Source: Minisyncoccota bacterium (GTDB lineage: Bacteria; Patescibacteriota; Minisyncoccia; Phycocordibacterales; CAJBRS01). Taken from it: a stretch of DNA of 64,000 bases. Position 1 is the stretch's first letter; the number at the start of each line of letters is the position of its first letter. Positions 9,267 through 18,712 of this stretch are shown in pieces. Position numbers and translations under genes: made by a program. The notes beneath the pieces were generated by a model. That model did not search any database and had not been told where the DNA came from. It saw only the letters and a list, made by a program, of their open reading frames with translations. The DNA is taken from assembly GCA_017881075.1 (NCBI GenBank), contig JADGRH010000003.1, forward strand, positions 128,682 through 192,681, read 5' to 3'.

Positions 9267-9508
9267 CAAGAGAGAAAAATGCAAACTGCTTTGCATTTTT
9301 CGATACTTGTCCGAGCCGCAGCGTTGTCGCCAGTTTCGAGGCGACCGCGAGGCGGGGTCGCGAACACTTTGTTTTTTGCAAGATTATGACCGCAGCAAAA
9401 AACTTAGTGATTCGTGACGACACTAAAAGGGCTCCTGACCCCATTTTTTACCATTTTTTAAATCTTGAAATACCTCTTTCCATTCCAATATGGTATCTTC
9501 TATCTTAT

Positions 9509-9589
9509 GCGCGGGTGGTGAAATGGTATACACGCCAGTTTTAGGAACTGGTGCCGTAAGGCGTGGAGGTTCAAGTCCTCTCCCGCGCA
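9509..9589 (+). tRNA. tRNA-Leu (TAG)
   Basis: Acceptor GCGCGGG / CCCGCGC; anticodon stem CCAGT/ACTGG with loop TTTAGGA; long variable arm; T-loop TTCAAGT. Confidence 0.85.
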
Positions 9590-9591
9590 CA

Positions 9592-9915
9592 TCATAGATT
9601 ATTTGAAATGGTGTCGATTTTTTGGCGGTTCTTTTCGCCGAGATCTATTTCAAAATCAAAGAAGGGAAGACGACCGAGCAGGCTTTTGGATTTAACATAA
9701 TGTTTGAAGCCCGACCGTTTTCGCTTAGCAAAATCGAGAACCGCCTTTTCTTTGTCTTCAGGGAAGACAGTAAAAAAGATGGTAGCCTCTTTCTGATCGT
9801 CAGACAACCTAACGCTGGTAACGGTAATGAGGGCAGTGCCACCCGACTCTTCTTCAAAGAAAGTTGAAGCAAGATGTCTCATCAGTTCCTCCATTTTTTC
9901 TTTACGGTATGCCAT
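9592..9915 (-). CDS. rbfA: ribosome-binding factor A
   Basis: 107-aa protein immediately downstream of infB on the same strand, with an RbfA-like sequence (ASTFFEEESGG...VTSV). Confidence 0.8.
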   Translation of the reverse strand: MAYRKEKMEELMRHLASTFFEEESGGTALITVTSVRLSDDQKEATIFFTVFPEDKEKAVLDFAKRKRSGFKHYVKSKSLLGRLPFFDFEIDLGEKNRQKIDTISNNL

Positions 9916-9921
9916 GTGTCT

Positions 9922-10022
9922 TTGAAGTATTTGGAGTCAGCACGAGCATTTTGGAGACTAAGACTTGGGCAAGCGCCCCGGAGCGGTCTCCAAAATGCTC
10001 GTGCTGGCGGAGAATACTTCTA
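9922..10022. repeat. palindromic repeat element family 1, copy B (intergenic infB-rbfA)
   Basis: Core TAAGACTTGGGCAAGCGCCCCGGAGCG flanked by a perfect 20-bp inverted repeat AGCACGAGCATTTTGGAGAC / GTCTCCAAAATGCTCGTGCT, plus further imperfect outer arms. Confidence 0.8.
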
Positions 10023-11516
10023 TTACCTCCTTACTACCGTGTAAGCTTCTAATTTATCACCCGGCGCGCATTCAATCTTAGACTCTATCATTGCTCCGAA
10101 TTCGCTGTCAGTACCGATCTCTTTTACTTTCGCCTTCATCTGTTGAAGTTCTTTTACTTTACCTTGGCCGATTAGCACATCACGGCGCATAATTTTGACA
10201 TCGTCGCCCACGCTGATTATTCCTTCCTCCACCCTTGCTCCCAACACCTGCTTATCTTTTACCTGGCTGAAAAGTTTCAGAACTTTTGCTACCCCCTTTT
10301 TCTCCTCCACCTCTGTCTTTGGAGTCTTTTCAATCACAGCTTTTGCCAACCACTCATTTAATTTGTAAATGATATCAAATGTTTGAATAGTGACACTCAT
10401 TCGCTCGGCTAGATTTTTAGTGGCGGGACTGACGTTAGCATTAAAACCGATGAGAAGAGTTTGCGGCTTACCACTTGCAATCTTTACGTCTTCGTCGGTA
10501 ATATCACCGATGGCGCTGTATAGAATCCTTAAGCCCACCTTTTCCGTCTCCATTTTTTTTAATTCGTATTCGATCGCTTCAATGATACCGGCGTTATCAG
10601 CTTTGATGATGATCGGAATGATAAATCTCTCCGGAGAATCTGCCTCCGCTTTTTCACTGGCCACTTTGCGTCTTGGTGTTTCGATAAAGGCTTCGGCCTC
10701 TTTTCTGGAGTAAAAAGAATGGAAGTAAGTTCCTGCCGCCGGCACGCTGTCAAAACCAATCACTCGAATGGGAGAAGAGAAAGTAGCCGATTCAATCTTC
10801 TTGCCCAAAAAATTTTCCATAAATCTGATCGGAGCGACACTTTCTCCGGCCACCACGAACATTCCCATTTTCAGAGTACCGCTCTTAATAATCATAGTAG
10901 CGGAAATACCACTTTCCTTGCTTCTGGCTACCTCAATGATGATGCCTTCGGCTGGCAGATCGGGATCCGCTTTCAACTCCGCAATATCCGAAATGAGGCC
11001 CAGCATATCTAAAAGTTCCGGTACGCCCTCTCCGGTTTTAGCCGAAATAGCCACTACGGGTGTATCTCCGCCATAGCCCTCAACATAAATCTCATTTTCC
11101 AAGAGAGAATTTTTAGTTCTCTCAATGTCGGCATTTTCTTTATCAATTTTATTTATAGCAACGACAAAAGGCAGTCCGAGCTCCTTGATTTGTTGATAGG
11201 CTTCAGTCGTCTGCGGTTTCACTCCATCTTCGGCGGATACTACTAAGATGGCAATATCTGCGACACCGGCACCACGACCACGAAGGAGGCCGAAAGCTTC
11301 GTGTCCGGGAGTATCAAGAAAGGTGATTTTTTTCTGATTATGGACGACTTCATAAGCGGAGATATTTTGAGTGATTCCTCCAATCTCTTTATCTACCAGA
11401 TTGGTTTTTCGGATGTAGTCGAGAAGAGTCGATTTTCCATGGTCAATGTGCCCCATTACTACAATGATGGGCGGTCGATCAAGAAGTTGTGATGGTTTAA
11501 TACCGGTTATAGTCAT
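10023..11516 (-). CDS. infB: translation initiation factor IF-2 (short form)
   Basis: G-domain [17 protein letters not shown] and NKID motifs, then IF2 domain II and C-terminal domains; 497 aa. Confidence 0.95.
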   Translation of the reverse strand: MTITGIKPSQLLDRPPIIVVMGHIDHGKSTLLDYIRKTNLVDKEIGGITQNISAYEVVHNQKKITFLDTPGHEAFGLLRGRGAGVADIAILVVSAEDGVKPQTTEAYQQIKELGLPFVVAINKIDKENADIERTKNSLLENEIYVEGYGGDTPVVAISAKTGEGVPELLDMLGLISDIAELKADPDLPAEGIIIEVARSKESGISATMIIKSGTLKMGMFVVAGESVAPIRFMENFLGKKIESATFSSPIRVIGFDSVPAAGTYFHSFYSRKEAEAFIETPRRKVASEKAEADSPERFIIPIIIKADNAGIIEAIEYELKKMETEKVGLRILYSAIGDITDEDVKIASGKPQTLLIGFNANVSPATKNLAERMSVTIQTFDIIYKLNEWLAKAVIEKTPKTEVEEKKGVAKVLKLFSQVKDKQVLGARVEEGIISVGDDVKIMRRDVLIGQGKVKELQQMKAKVKEIGTDSEFGAMIESKIECAPGDKLEAYTVVRR

Positions 11517-11544
11517 TAGCTTATTTATACATTATATTGTTAGA

Positions 11545-12810
11545 GTGAACAAGAAAAACAGCCACCAAAGAATTTATCTTGATTATGCCTCCATCACTCC
11601 GCTTGACAGTCGGGTGTTGAAAGTGATGAAGCCTCTTCTCGATTCCAATTTCGCCAATCCATCTTCTTTATATGCAGAAGGTGTCGAATCCAAAAAGATA
11701 ATGGAAAATGCCAGAAAGAGAGTGGCTAAAATTCTCTCGGCCCACGCCGATGAAATCATATTTACTTCAGGAGGTACTGAAGCCAACAATCTAGCACTCC
11801 TCGGACTTTTTCAATCAGCCAAAACAATTATAAAAAAACCACAGATCATTATCACCAACATTGAACATCCGTCCATTATGGAAGTTTGCAGCGAGATCAA
11901 AAGACGGGGAGGGAAAGTGAAAGTGGTGAGAGTGGAAGCAAACGGAATTGTTGATCCAAAAAAAATTAAAAAAGCCATTACAAATCGCACAATTCTAGTG
12001 TCGGTGATGTATGCGAATAATGAGGTTGGCACTATTCAGCCGATTCGAGAGATTGCGAAAGTTATCAGACAGTTTAGGAAAACCGACGGGCGAAACCAAC
12101 AACTTTTTGAGAGACTAAGACTTGGGCAAACGCCCCGGAGTGGTCTCTCAAAAAGTTCGTCCGCGAGCCCCTCTACTTTTCCGTATCTTCATACTGACGC
12201 CAGTCAAGCCGCTAATTATCTTGACCTCAATGTAGAGCGTCTCGGTGTTGATCTTATGACCATTGATGGAACGAAAATTTATGGGCCGAGAGGCGCCGGC
12301 TTTTTGGTCTGCCGGCGCCGGACGCCGCTCTGGCCGATCATTTTCGGCGGTGGCCAGGAAAGTGGGCGGCGGGCGGGCACCGAAAACCCGCCCGCCGCCC
12401 TAGGTCTCGCCACCGCCTTGGAAATCAGTCAGAGCGAGAAAAAAAGGGAGGCGGCCCGACTCTGCCGCCTCCGAGATTATTTTATTTCCGAAATCAGAAA
12501 ACATTTTCCAAAAGCAATCTTAAACGGCGATGCCAAAGAACGTCTTCCCAACAACGTTAACTTTTGCTTTCCCGATCTGGACGCGGAGTTTGCCGTGCTT
12601 CAATTGGATGCCAAAGGCATCGCCATCTCCTCGGTTACTAGCTGTCAGAATCTTAATACAGATTCGTCTTCTTATGTGGTCCAAGCCATTCAGACAAAAA
12701 ATTGTCAGAAAAGCTCATTACGTTTTAGTTTTGGTCGAAAAACCACTAAAAAAAATCTTGATTTTTGCTTAGAAGTTCTCTATAGTATAATTAATGGAAG
12801 AGCTCACTAA
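11545..12810 (+). CDS. cysteine desulfurase (class V aminotransferase, IscS/NifS-like) carrying an in-frame repeat-element insertion
   Basis: IYLDYASITPLD, GGTEANN and the PLP-lysine region FPYLHTDASQA. The ORF-track start at 11446 overlaps infB; the in-frame GTG at 11545 gives a conventional N-terminus. An approximately 33-aa insertion at nt 12085-12170 is encoded by repeat element 1. Confidence 0.85.
   Translation: MNKKNSHQRIYLDYASITPLDSRVLKVMKPLLDSNFANPSSLYAEGVESKKIMENARKRVAKILSAHADEIIFTSGGTEANNLALLGLFQSAKTIIKKPQIIITNIEHPSIMEVCSEIKRRGGKVKVVRVEANGIVDPKKIKKAITNRTILVSVMYANNEVGTIQPIREIAKVIRQFRKTDGRNQQLFERLRLGQTPRSGLSKSSSASPSTFPYLHTDASQAANYLDLNVERLGVDLMTIDGTKIYGPRGAGFLVCRRRTPLWPIIFGGGQESGRRAGTENPPAALGLATALEISQSEKKREAARLCRLRDYFISEIRKHFPKAILNGDAKERLPNNVNFCFPDLDAEFAVLQLDAKGIAISSVTSCQNLNTDSSSYVVQAIQTKNCQKSSLRFSFGRKTTKKNLDFCLEVLYSIINGRAH
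12101..12156. repeat. palindromic repeat element family 1, copy C (inside cysteine desulfurase ORF, in frame)
   Basis: AACTTTTTGAGAGAC-TAAGACTTGGGCAAACGCCCCGGAGTG-GTCTCTCAAAAAGTT with 13-bp perfect arms; translated in frame as QLFERLRLGQTPRSGLSKS. Confidence 0.8.
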
Positions 12811-13636
12811 AACCCAGATTGTGCTCCTCACCCTCTTGGTAAGTTTCGTCACCTCCATCGCTACCGGTATTGTCACCGTAGCTCTGGTGGATCAATCTTC
12901 TCAAGGAGTGGGGCAGACTATTCAAACCGTTGTTCAGAGAACTATTGAAACGGTTATTCCTACCGTGACGCCGACAGAAGAAAAGGGTAAGATTGTTTCC
13001 AATTCTGTCACGACAAATAATAGCACTCCCGTGCAGGTGACTCCTTCAGAGAGTGAACTTATGGTTCAAGCAGTGACAAAAAATTCTGCCGGTCTGATTC
13101 GCATCAAAAAAGTTACTTCCAACCCAACCCAAGCTTTTGTTGCTTTGGGAGTAGTTGTTTCGACCAAAGGAGTTTTGGTGACGGATCATGGTCTTTTACT
13201 TTCTTTTTCAAAATATGTTGGAGTTCTACCGAGTGGTAAAGAAGTCCCATTAACACCACTAATTGTTCATGCTTCCAGCACCAATGTCTCTCTATTTAGT
13301 TTTGATCCGACCCAGGCAGACAATATTACCGCTATGACGCTCGGGGATTCAACCAAACTCAATCTGGGACAACGAGTTATCTCGCTTTCTGGCGCCGACA
13401 AAGACACAGTAGCGATAGGAATCATTTCAAGCTTCGATAAAAATGGCACTACCACCAGTAAAGCTTTCATTAACACTGATTTTGATACCACTAGTTATGC
13501 TTATGGCTCTGTCCTCATTAATCTAGCAGGAGAGATTGTTGGCATGAAGACGGCCACTTCTGCTGGCGGAGGCTTCTCCTATCAAGGGGTCAACTCCTTG
13601 AAAGAAGAAATAAGACAAGGTATTATCACCTCTTAA
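12794..13636 (+). CDS. membrane-anchored trypsin-like (S1/HtrA-fold) domain protein, possibly catalytically degenerate
   Basis: N-terminal TM helix; VTDHGLL and GSVLINLAGEIVGMKT resemble HtrA His and Ser regions, but the canonical GNSGGP Ser motif is absent. Confidence 0.4.
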   Translation: MEELTKTQIVLLTLLVSFVTSIATGIVTVALVDQSSQGVGQTIQTVVQRTIETVIPTVTPTEEKGKIVSNSVTTNNSTPVQVTPSESELMVQAVTKNSAGLIRIKKVTSNPTQAFVALGVVVSTKGVLVTDHGLLLSFSKYVGVLPSGKEVPLTPLIVHASSTNVSLFSFDPTQADNITAMTLGDSTKLNLGQRVISLSGADKDTVAIGIISSFDKNGTTTSKAFINTDFDTTSYAYGSVLINLAGEIVGMKTATSAGGGFSYQGVNSLKEEIRQGIITS

Positions 13637-13645
13637 ACCATTTAT

Positions 13646-16333
13646 ATGCCACCACCATTTGGAAAATTCACATCTAAAGCCCAGGAAGCTATTCGTCGAG
13701 CCCACGAATTAGCTGTAGAAAGGGGTCAAAATCACATTACCCCAATCCACCTTTTAACCGCCTTGATTCTCCAAGAAGAGAGCATGGTTACTTCCATATT
13801 GGATAAGCTGGAAGTGGATACCATTCTATTGACCGACTCTCTTTTAGAATCAATTGAAGCCCCTGACGCCTCTTCTACTCTAGCCCCTTCGTACCAACTT
13901 TATCTGACACCGGAGCTGGCTCAAATTATTGAACACTCACATAAAGTAGCCACCACTCTTAAGGATGAGTTCGTTTCCACTGAACATCTTTTCCTGGCTA
14001 TCTTTGACGTGCCCGGCCCGGCCAGCGAGGTTCTGTCAAAATTCCGAATCGATAAGCAAGCGGTACTGCGAGTAATGGAAGAATTAAAGAGCTCAAAAAC
14101 TACCGAGACTACTCAACCAAAGAAATTAAAATCTATCGCCAAATACACGCGCAATCTCACCCAGCTAGCTAGAGAAAATAAACTTGACCCAGTCATTGGT
14201 CGCGATGCCGAGATCGGCCGAATCATTCAGATATTGTCGCGTCGCACCAAGAATAATCCGATATTGATCGGAGAAGCCGGAGTAGGGAAGACCGCCATTG
14301 TGGAGGGGCTCGCCAATCGTGTGGCTCTCGGAGATGTTCCCGATTCTCTGAAAGAAAAAGAATTAGTTTCTCTTGATCTTGGTACACTAGTCGCCGGTAC
14401 AAAATATCGCGGCGAATTTGAAGAAAGATTGAAAAATATTCTGAAAGAGATGGAACGCTCTGACGGCCGCATCATTTTATTTATTGATGAGATTCATACA
14501 ATTGTCGGCGCCGGAGCGGCAGAGGGGTCGCTCGACGCTTCAAATATGTTGAAACCGGCTCTGGCCCGAGGGGAACTGCGGGCGATTGGGGCCACCACTC
14601 TTAAAGAATTTCAGCGACACATTGAAAAGGATCCGGCTTTAACCCGGCGTTTCCAGCCAGTCTTTGTGCAGGAACCGTCTATTGAAGATGCCGTTGCCAT
14701 TTTGCGAGGCCTAAAAGAAAAATATGAACTTTATCACGGCGTCCACATTACCGACGATTCTATTGTGGCGGCGGTCAATCTTTCCAGCCGATACATTACC
14801 GATCGATTTCTGCCAGATAAGGCAGTGGATCTAATTGATGAGTCCGCCTCTCATTTAAAAATTTCTCTTGAAAATAAACCACCGGTGCTGGAGGAGGCAC
14901 ATCGTAAAATAATGCGTTTGGAGATTGAAAAGGAAGCTTTGAAGAAAGAAGTCGCTACTTCTAAAAATGCCAAGAGTAGGGTCAAAAGTATTGAAAAAGA
15001 AATTGCCGATCTGAAAGAAGAGACCAGTGAGGTGGAACTGAAGTGGAAAAATGAGAAGGAGATAATCGGTTTGATTAAAGAGATTAAAAAGAATCTGGAA
15101 TCTTCTCGCCTTGAGGCAGACTCCGCCGTGGCCCGAGCCGATCTTTCCAAGGCAGCTGAAATTCGCTACGGCCGTATTCCAGCATTGGAGAAAGATTTGA
15201 TAGCCAAATCTAAACGGCTAAAAAAACTACAAAGCTCTCGTCGAATTTTGAAAGAAGAAATTAATGAAAATGATATTGCCGAGATAGTAGCCAAATGGAC
15301 TGGTATTCCGGTAGCCAGAATGTTGGAAGCCGAGGCAGCCAAACTTCGTCGAATGGAAAAAGTTTTAGAAGAGAGGATTATTGGTCAAGAGGAGGCTGTT
15401 AAAAAGGTTGCCGATACGGTTAAACGTTCTCGTGCCGGTATTGCTGATCCAAACCGCCCTATTGGTTCTTTTCTTTTCCTTGGCCCTACCGGTGTCGGAA
15501 AAACTGAATTGACCAAGGCTTTGGCCGAATTCATGTTTGATGACGAGAAAGCTCTCATTCGGGTAGATATGTCGGAATATATGGAGAGACACTCTGTCTC
15601 AAAAATCATCGGCGCTCCGGCGGGCTATGTCGGTTATGAGGAAGGAGGACAGTTGACCGAACAGATTCGTCACCGACCATATTCAGTGGTGCTCTTTGAC
15701 GAGATTGAGAAAGCTCATCCGGAGGTCTTCAATATTTTGCTTCAAGTACTTGATAACGGTCGGTTAACCGACGCTAAGGGTCGCACCGTAAACTTTAAAA
15801 ATACCATCATTATTATGACTTCCAATATCGGCGCGCAATTCATTGATAAGATGCAGAAGATGGGATTTGCCACCAGTGATGTCAAGAATGAATACACCGA
15901 AGTGAAAAGCAAAGTGATGGATAGCCTGAAAGATTACTTCCGACCGGAATTTCTTAATCGTTTGGATGAGATTGTTGTCTTTGATATTTTGAGCCAGGAA
16001 AGCATTAAGAAGATTGTAGAAATTGAAGTGGGCACGGTAAAAGAGAGACTCTTAGCCAAAGAAATCAAACTGGAAGTTTCAGATGAGGTTTGCAGTTATC
16101 TTGCTAAAGAAGGATACAATCCGCAATACGGTGCAAGACCACTGAAGAGATTGATTCAAAATAAAATACTGACATCGGTTGCCTCGCTTATGGTCTCCGA
16201 AGGAGTGATGAAAGGAGGATCAATTTCCGTCGGTTTGAATAAACAAAATAATGAATTTACTTTTGACGTTAAGAAGGGGAGAAGGGGAAGCATTCTAAAA
16301 GAAAGTGTTATTCAGGAGGCGGTAGGGGTGTAA
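13646..16333 (+). CDS. clpB: ATP-dependent chaperone ClpB
   Basis: Clp N-domain, two AAA+ modules (GEAGVGKT and GPTGVGKT Walker A motifs), a long coiled-coil middle domain; 895 aa. Confidence 0.95.
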   Translation: MPPPFGKFTSKAQEAIRRAHELAVERGQNHITPIHLLTALILQEESMVTSILDKLEVDTILLTDSLLESIEAPDASSTLAPSYQLYLTPELAQIIEHSHKVATTLKDEFVSTEHLFLAIFDVPGPASEVLSKFRIDKQAVLRVMEELKSSKTTETTQPKKLKSIAKYTRNLTQLARENKLDPVIGRDAEIGRIIQILSRRTKNNPILIGEAGVGKTAIVEGLANRVALGDVPDSLKEKELVSLDLGTLVAGTKYRGEFEERLKNILKEMERSDGRIILFIDEIHTIVGAGAAEGSLDASNMLKPALARGELRAIGATTLKEFQRHIEKDPALTRRFQPVFVQEPSIEDAVAILRGLKEKYELYHGVHITDDSIVAAVNLSSRYITDRFLPDKAVDLIDESASHLKISLENKPPVLEEAHRKIMRLEIEKEALKKEVATSKNAKSRVKSIEKEIADLKEETSEVELKWKNEKEIIGLIKEIKKNLESSRLEADSAVARADLSKAAEIRYGRIPALEKDLIAKSKRLKKLQSSRRILKEEINENDIAEIVAKWTGIPVARMLEAEAAKLRRMEKVLEERIIGQEEAVKKVADTVKRSRAGIADPNRPIGSFLFLGPTGVGKTELTKALAEFMFDDEKALIRVDMSEYMERHSVSKIIGAPAGYVGYEEGGQLTEQIRHRPYSVVLFDEIEKAHPEVFNILLQVLDNGRLTDAKGRTVNFKNTIIIMTSNIGAQFIDKMQKMGFATSDVKNEYTEVKSKVMDSLKDYFRPEFLNRLDEIVVFDILSQESIKKIVEIEVGTVKERLLAKEIKLEVSDEVCSYLAKEGYNPQYGARPLKRLIQNKILTSVASLMVSEGVMKGGSISVGLNKQNNEFTFDVKKGRRGSILKESVIQEAVGV

Positions 16334-16345
16334 GGGAACAAAAAA

Positions 16346-16379
16346 GAGAGGCCGGCACGTAGTGCCGGCCTCTCTTTTT
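16346..16379. terminator. rho-independent terminator after clpB
   Basis: 13-bp perfect stem GAGAGGCCGGCAC / GTGCCGGCCTCTC with loop GTA and a TTTTT tail; flanked by an A-run, so potentially bidirectional. Confidence 0.8.
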
Positions 16380-16382
16380 CTG

Positions 16383-16465
16383 TGCGCCGAGAGGGACTCG
16401 AACCCCCGGAGGCCATAGGCCGCGACGTTTACAGCGTCGTGTAATTGCCACTATACGATCGGCGC
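16383..16465 (-). tRNA. tRNA-Tyr (GTA)
   Basis: Reverse complement gives acceptor GCGCCGA / TCGGCGC, anticodon stem CGACG/CGTCG with loop CTGTAAA, a long variable arm and T-loop TTCGAGT. Confidence 0.85.
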
Positions 16466-16509
16466 AATTTATGTAATTTAACATATAAAAATGGCCTTGA
16501 AAAGGAATA

Positions 16510-16538
16510 TTTGACATTATTTGTGATACATGTTATCC
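16510..16538 (+). promoter_or_regulatory. sigma70-like promoter
   Basis: TTGACA, 17-nt spacer, TATCCT, directly upstream of the GC-rich island. Confidence 0.45.
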
Positions 16539-16590
16539 TATACCTAGGCCATTCTGAAACCTTCAACAACCTAAACCAAGTACATTAATC

Positions 16591-16857
16591 ATGAACTCAT
16601 TCTCAAATATCATCGCCAGTTTGCGGCGCTTTCGCAACCGTAAATCGACGCTGTCAGGTGCGACAATCGGTCTGGTGCCAGCGGCACTCGCGAGTTCTAC
16701 ACCGGATCTTAAAGACCTCATCCGTCCGACCATGACTCGCGCCGCAAAGTCCGAATCCAGACACGCTTCTAGCGGCCGACAGGGTCCACAAGTGAAAAAT
16801 CGCCGCGGTCGTCGGTGCCGAATTCGTTACGAGTACGGCCGCTTCAAGGCCGCTTAA
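16591..16857 (+). CDS. hypothetical Arg-rich small protein in a GC-rich island (coding status uncertain; may be ncRNA)
   Basis: 88-aa ORF, very basic (RRFRNRKS...RRGRRCRIRYEYGRFKAA), with CG-rich codons unlike neighbouring genes; bounded by the promoter at 16510 and the terminator at 16874. Confidence 0.25.
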   Translation: MNSFSNIIASLRRFRNRKSTLSGATIGLVPAALASSTPDLKDLIRPTMTRAAKSESRHASSGRQGPQVKNRRGRRCRIRYEYGRFKAA

Positions 16858-16873
16858 TAAAGAAGTAATCAAG

Positions 16874-16916
16874 ACGCCTTTTCGTCACCCCCCGACGAAA
16901 AGGCGTTGCTTTTTTA
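16874..16916 (+). terminator. rho-independent terminator
   Basis: 13-bp stem ACGCCTTTTCGTC / GACGAAAAGGCGT followed by TGCTTTTTT. Confidence 0.75.
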
Positions 16917-16959
16917 TATACTTTATATTAAGCTGAAAACTCAACAATTTTTTAATTTC

Positions 16960-17115
16960 ATGTCACAAGATAATCTAATTGTATTGAAACATAAGGCCAC
17001 CGGAGAGGTCTATTGGACGCGCAAAAATAAACGAAAGGTGGAGCGTAAAATTGAACTGAAAAAATACAGCAAGAAGCTTCGTAAGCACGTGGTATTTAAG
17101 GAAGCCAAGAAATAA
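16960..17115 (+). CDS. rpmG: 50S ribosomal protein L33
   Basis: 51-aa [54 protein letters not shown] matches the L33 pattern (TKNKR..ELKKY.P..RKHV..KE.K); it lies inside the longer ORF 16906..17115. Confidence 0.8.
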   Translation: MSQDNLIVLKHKATGEVYWTRKNKRKVERKIELKKYSKKLRKHVVFKEAKK

Positions 17116-17116
17116 T

Positions 17117-17710
17117 TTATTTTCTTCCTCTCCAATAGTGAATCACAGCTGGTAAAAAGGAGACAATTATTATCAAGATAATAATTGGCAAGAGATATCG
17201 GTCAATATTCGGAATAGTTCGGCCAAGAAAAAATCCTAGCCCACTAAGGCCGACTGTCCAAAGAAATCCTCCCACGACGTTATATCTTAAAAAATCGCTG
17301 TATTTCATCTCTCCCACTCCCGCCATGATTGGAGCGAAGGTTCGAACGATAGGCATGAAGCGGGCAAGTATCAGAGTTCTTTTGCCGTGCCTCTCAAAAA
17401 ATCTTTTTGTCTGCTCAATATATTTTTGCTTGAAGAATAAGGAATCTTGTTTGGTGAAAATTGAAGGTCCTACTTTCTTGCCAAAAGCATAGCCGACACT
17501 GTCTCCTAAAACAGCAGCTATAAAAGCGCCGACGATTAAAGCGGCGAGATTGAGCCGGCCTTCGGAGCAGAGAAGGCCGGCCGTAAAAAGCAGGGAATCG
17601 CCCGGCAAAAAGAAGCCAAAAAAAAGGCCTGATTCAGCAAAAATAACAAAATAAACCCCTAACAATCCAAAAGTTTCAATAAGAGGCAAGCTGTTCAAAA
17701 GAGCGTTCAT
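17117..17710 (-). CDS. DedA/TVP38-family membrane protein
   Basis: LPGDSLLFTAGLL signature and multiple TM helices; 197 aa. Confidence 0.75.
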   Translation of the reverse strand: MNALLNSLPLIETFGLLGVYFVIFAESGLFFGFFLPGDSLLFTAGLLCSEGRLNLAALIVGAFIAAVLGDSVGYAFGKKVGPSIFTKQDSLFFKQKYIEQTKRFFERHGKRTLILARFMPIVRTFAPIMAGVGEMKYSDFLRYNVVGGFLWTVGLSGLGFFLGRTIPNIDRYLLPIIILIIIVSFLPAVIHYWRGRK

Positions 17711-17844
17711 TGAGGGTTTATTTTAACATGAATTGAAGGCGTTTAAACCCGATTTGACTTATTTAATCTTGCATGATAAGGTTTTTTTAGAGAAAAATAC
17801 GGAAAGAAAGAACAGAAAAACACTCAATCGAAAGGAAAATCAGT

Positions 17845-18597
17845 ATGAAAAATTTTTTCACGTTCGTTACATTTACAGTTTTCAGCGTCTTGGTTACAAC
17901 TAGTAACGCGAAAGACCCCACGTCAGCAGAACTAATGGCGATCTTGCATCATCGCGCTCTCGCGCCAAAGAAAGTGGTGGGCTCTTACTCGGTCGTGACT
18001 CGTCAGTCGCAATCGACGGTTGGTAACACTTCGAACGAACCGCGTCTGGTTTATGTTCGACACAGTCAATACAAACACGACGTTAAAAAACCGGAGATCT
18101 TCCGCGGCAAAAGAGATTGGGCCTCGGCCCATGGCTTATCTTCAACCCCAGGCCTTGAACTTCAGGAAGCCACCAATAAACAAGCTGGCGCCTGTGCTGT
18201 ATCGGTCGGGAACAAAGGAGACAAGTGGATCTCTCTATCAAGCAACAAGGTTCTCGTCAATTACGATACCATTGGCACCACGGACGCTGCCACTCGCAAC
18301 AGTATCCGCATTCCCTACAAGGTAAAGGTAAGAGGACGATGGCAAACCAAGTATCGCACAGTTAGTCTCCACAAGACCCCAGAGCAGCTCCGTGCCCCAG
18401 TGGTGGACGAGGCTAAGAACAGAAAACAATCCGGTCCTGACTACGAATGGTTCCTATACGTTCCATGGAATGGTCCACGTCCGTTCCTTGCTCTGACCAA
18501 AGAGGAAAGAAGGAAGGCGCTGAAAGCGGCTGTCACCATAGGTCGGCTAGCTCAAGCCACCTTCTTCCAAAAGAATCGGATGATGGCAAAACGTTAA
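17845..18597 (+). CDS. secreted hypothetical protein
   Basis: Signal peptide; 250 aa; elevated GC relative to neighbours; terminator hairpin at approximately 18608-18645. Confidence 0.5.
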   Translation: MKNFFTFVTFTVFSVLVTTSNAKDPTSAELMAILHHRALAPKKVVGSYSVVTRQSQSTVGNTSNEPRLVYVRHSQYKHDVKKPEIFRGKRDWASAHGLSSTPGLELQEATNKQAGACAVSVGNKGDKWISLSSNKVLVNYDTIGTTDAATRNSIRIPYKVKVRGRWQTKYRTVSLHKTPEQLRAPVVDEAKNRKQSGPDYEWFLYVPWNGPRPFLALTKEERRKALKAAVTIGRLAQATFFQKNRMMAKR

Positions 18598-18712
18598 AGA
18601 CTGCGAAAAATTCGACGGCCCGCGTTATAGCACGTGCGGGCCGTTTTTTATTTTAATTTGACACTCTCCATTTTTTATGATAAAGTTATTTTAAACAAAA
18701 GGAGACCCAGAA

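Noticed and set aside
11446-11544. ORF-track start of the cysteine desulfurase at 11446, 99 nt upstream of the chosen start.
   Set aside because: It would overlap the infB start on the opposite strand by 70 nt and adds a non-homologous hydrophobic N-terminus. The in-frame GTG at 11545 sits just before the conserved IYLDYASITP N-terminus.
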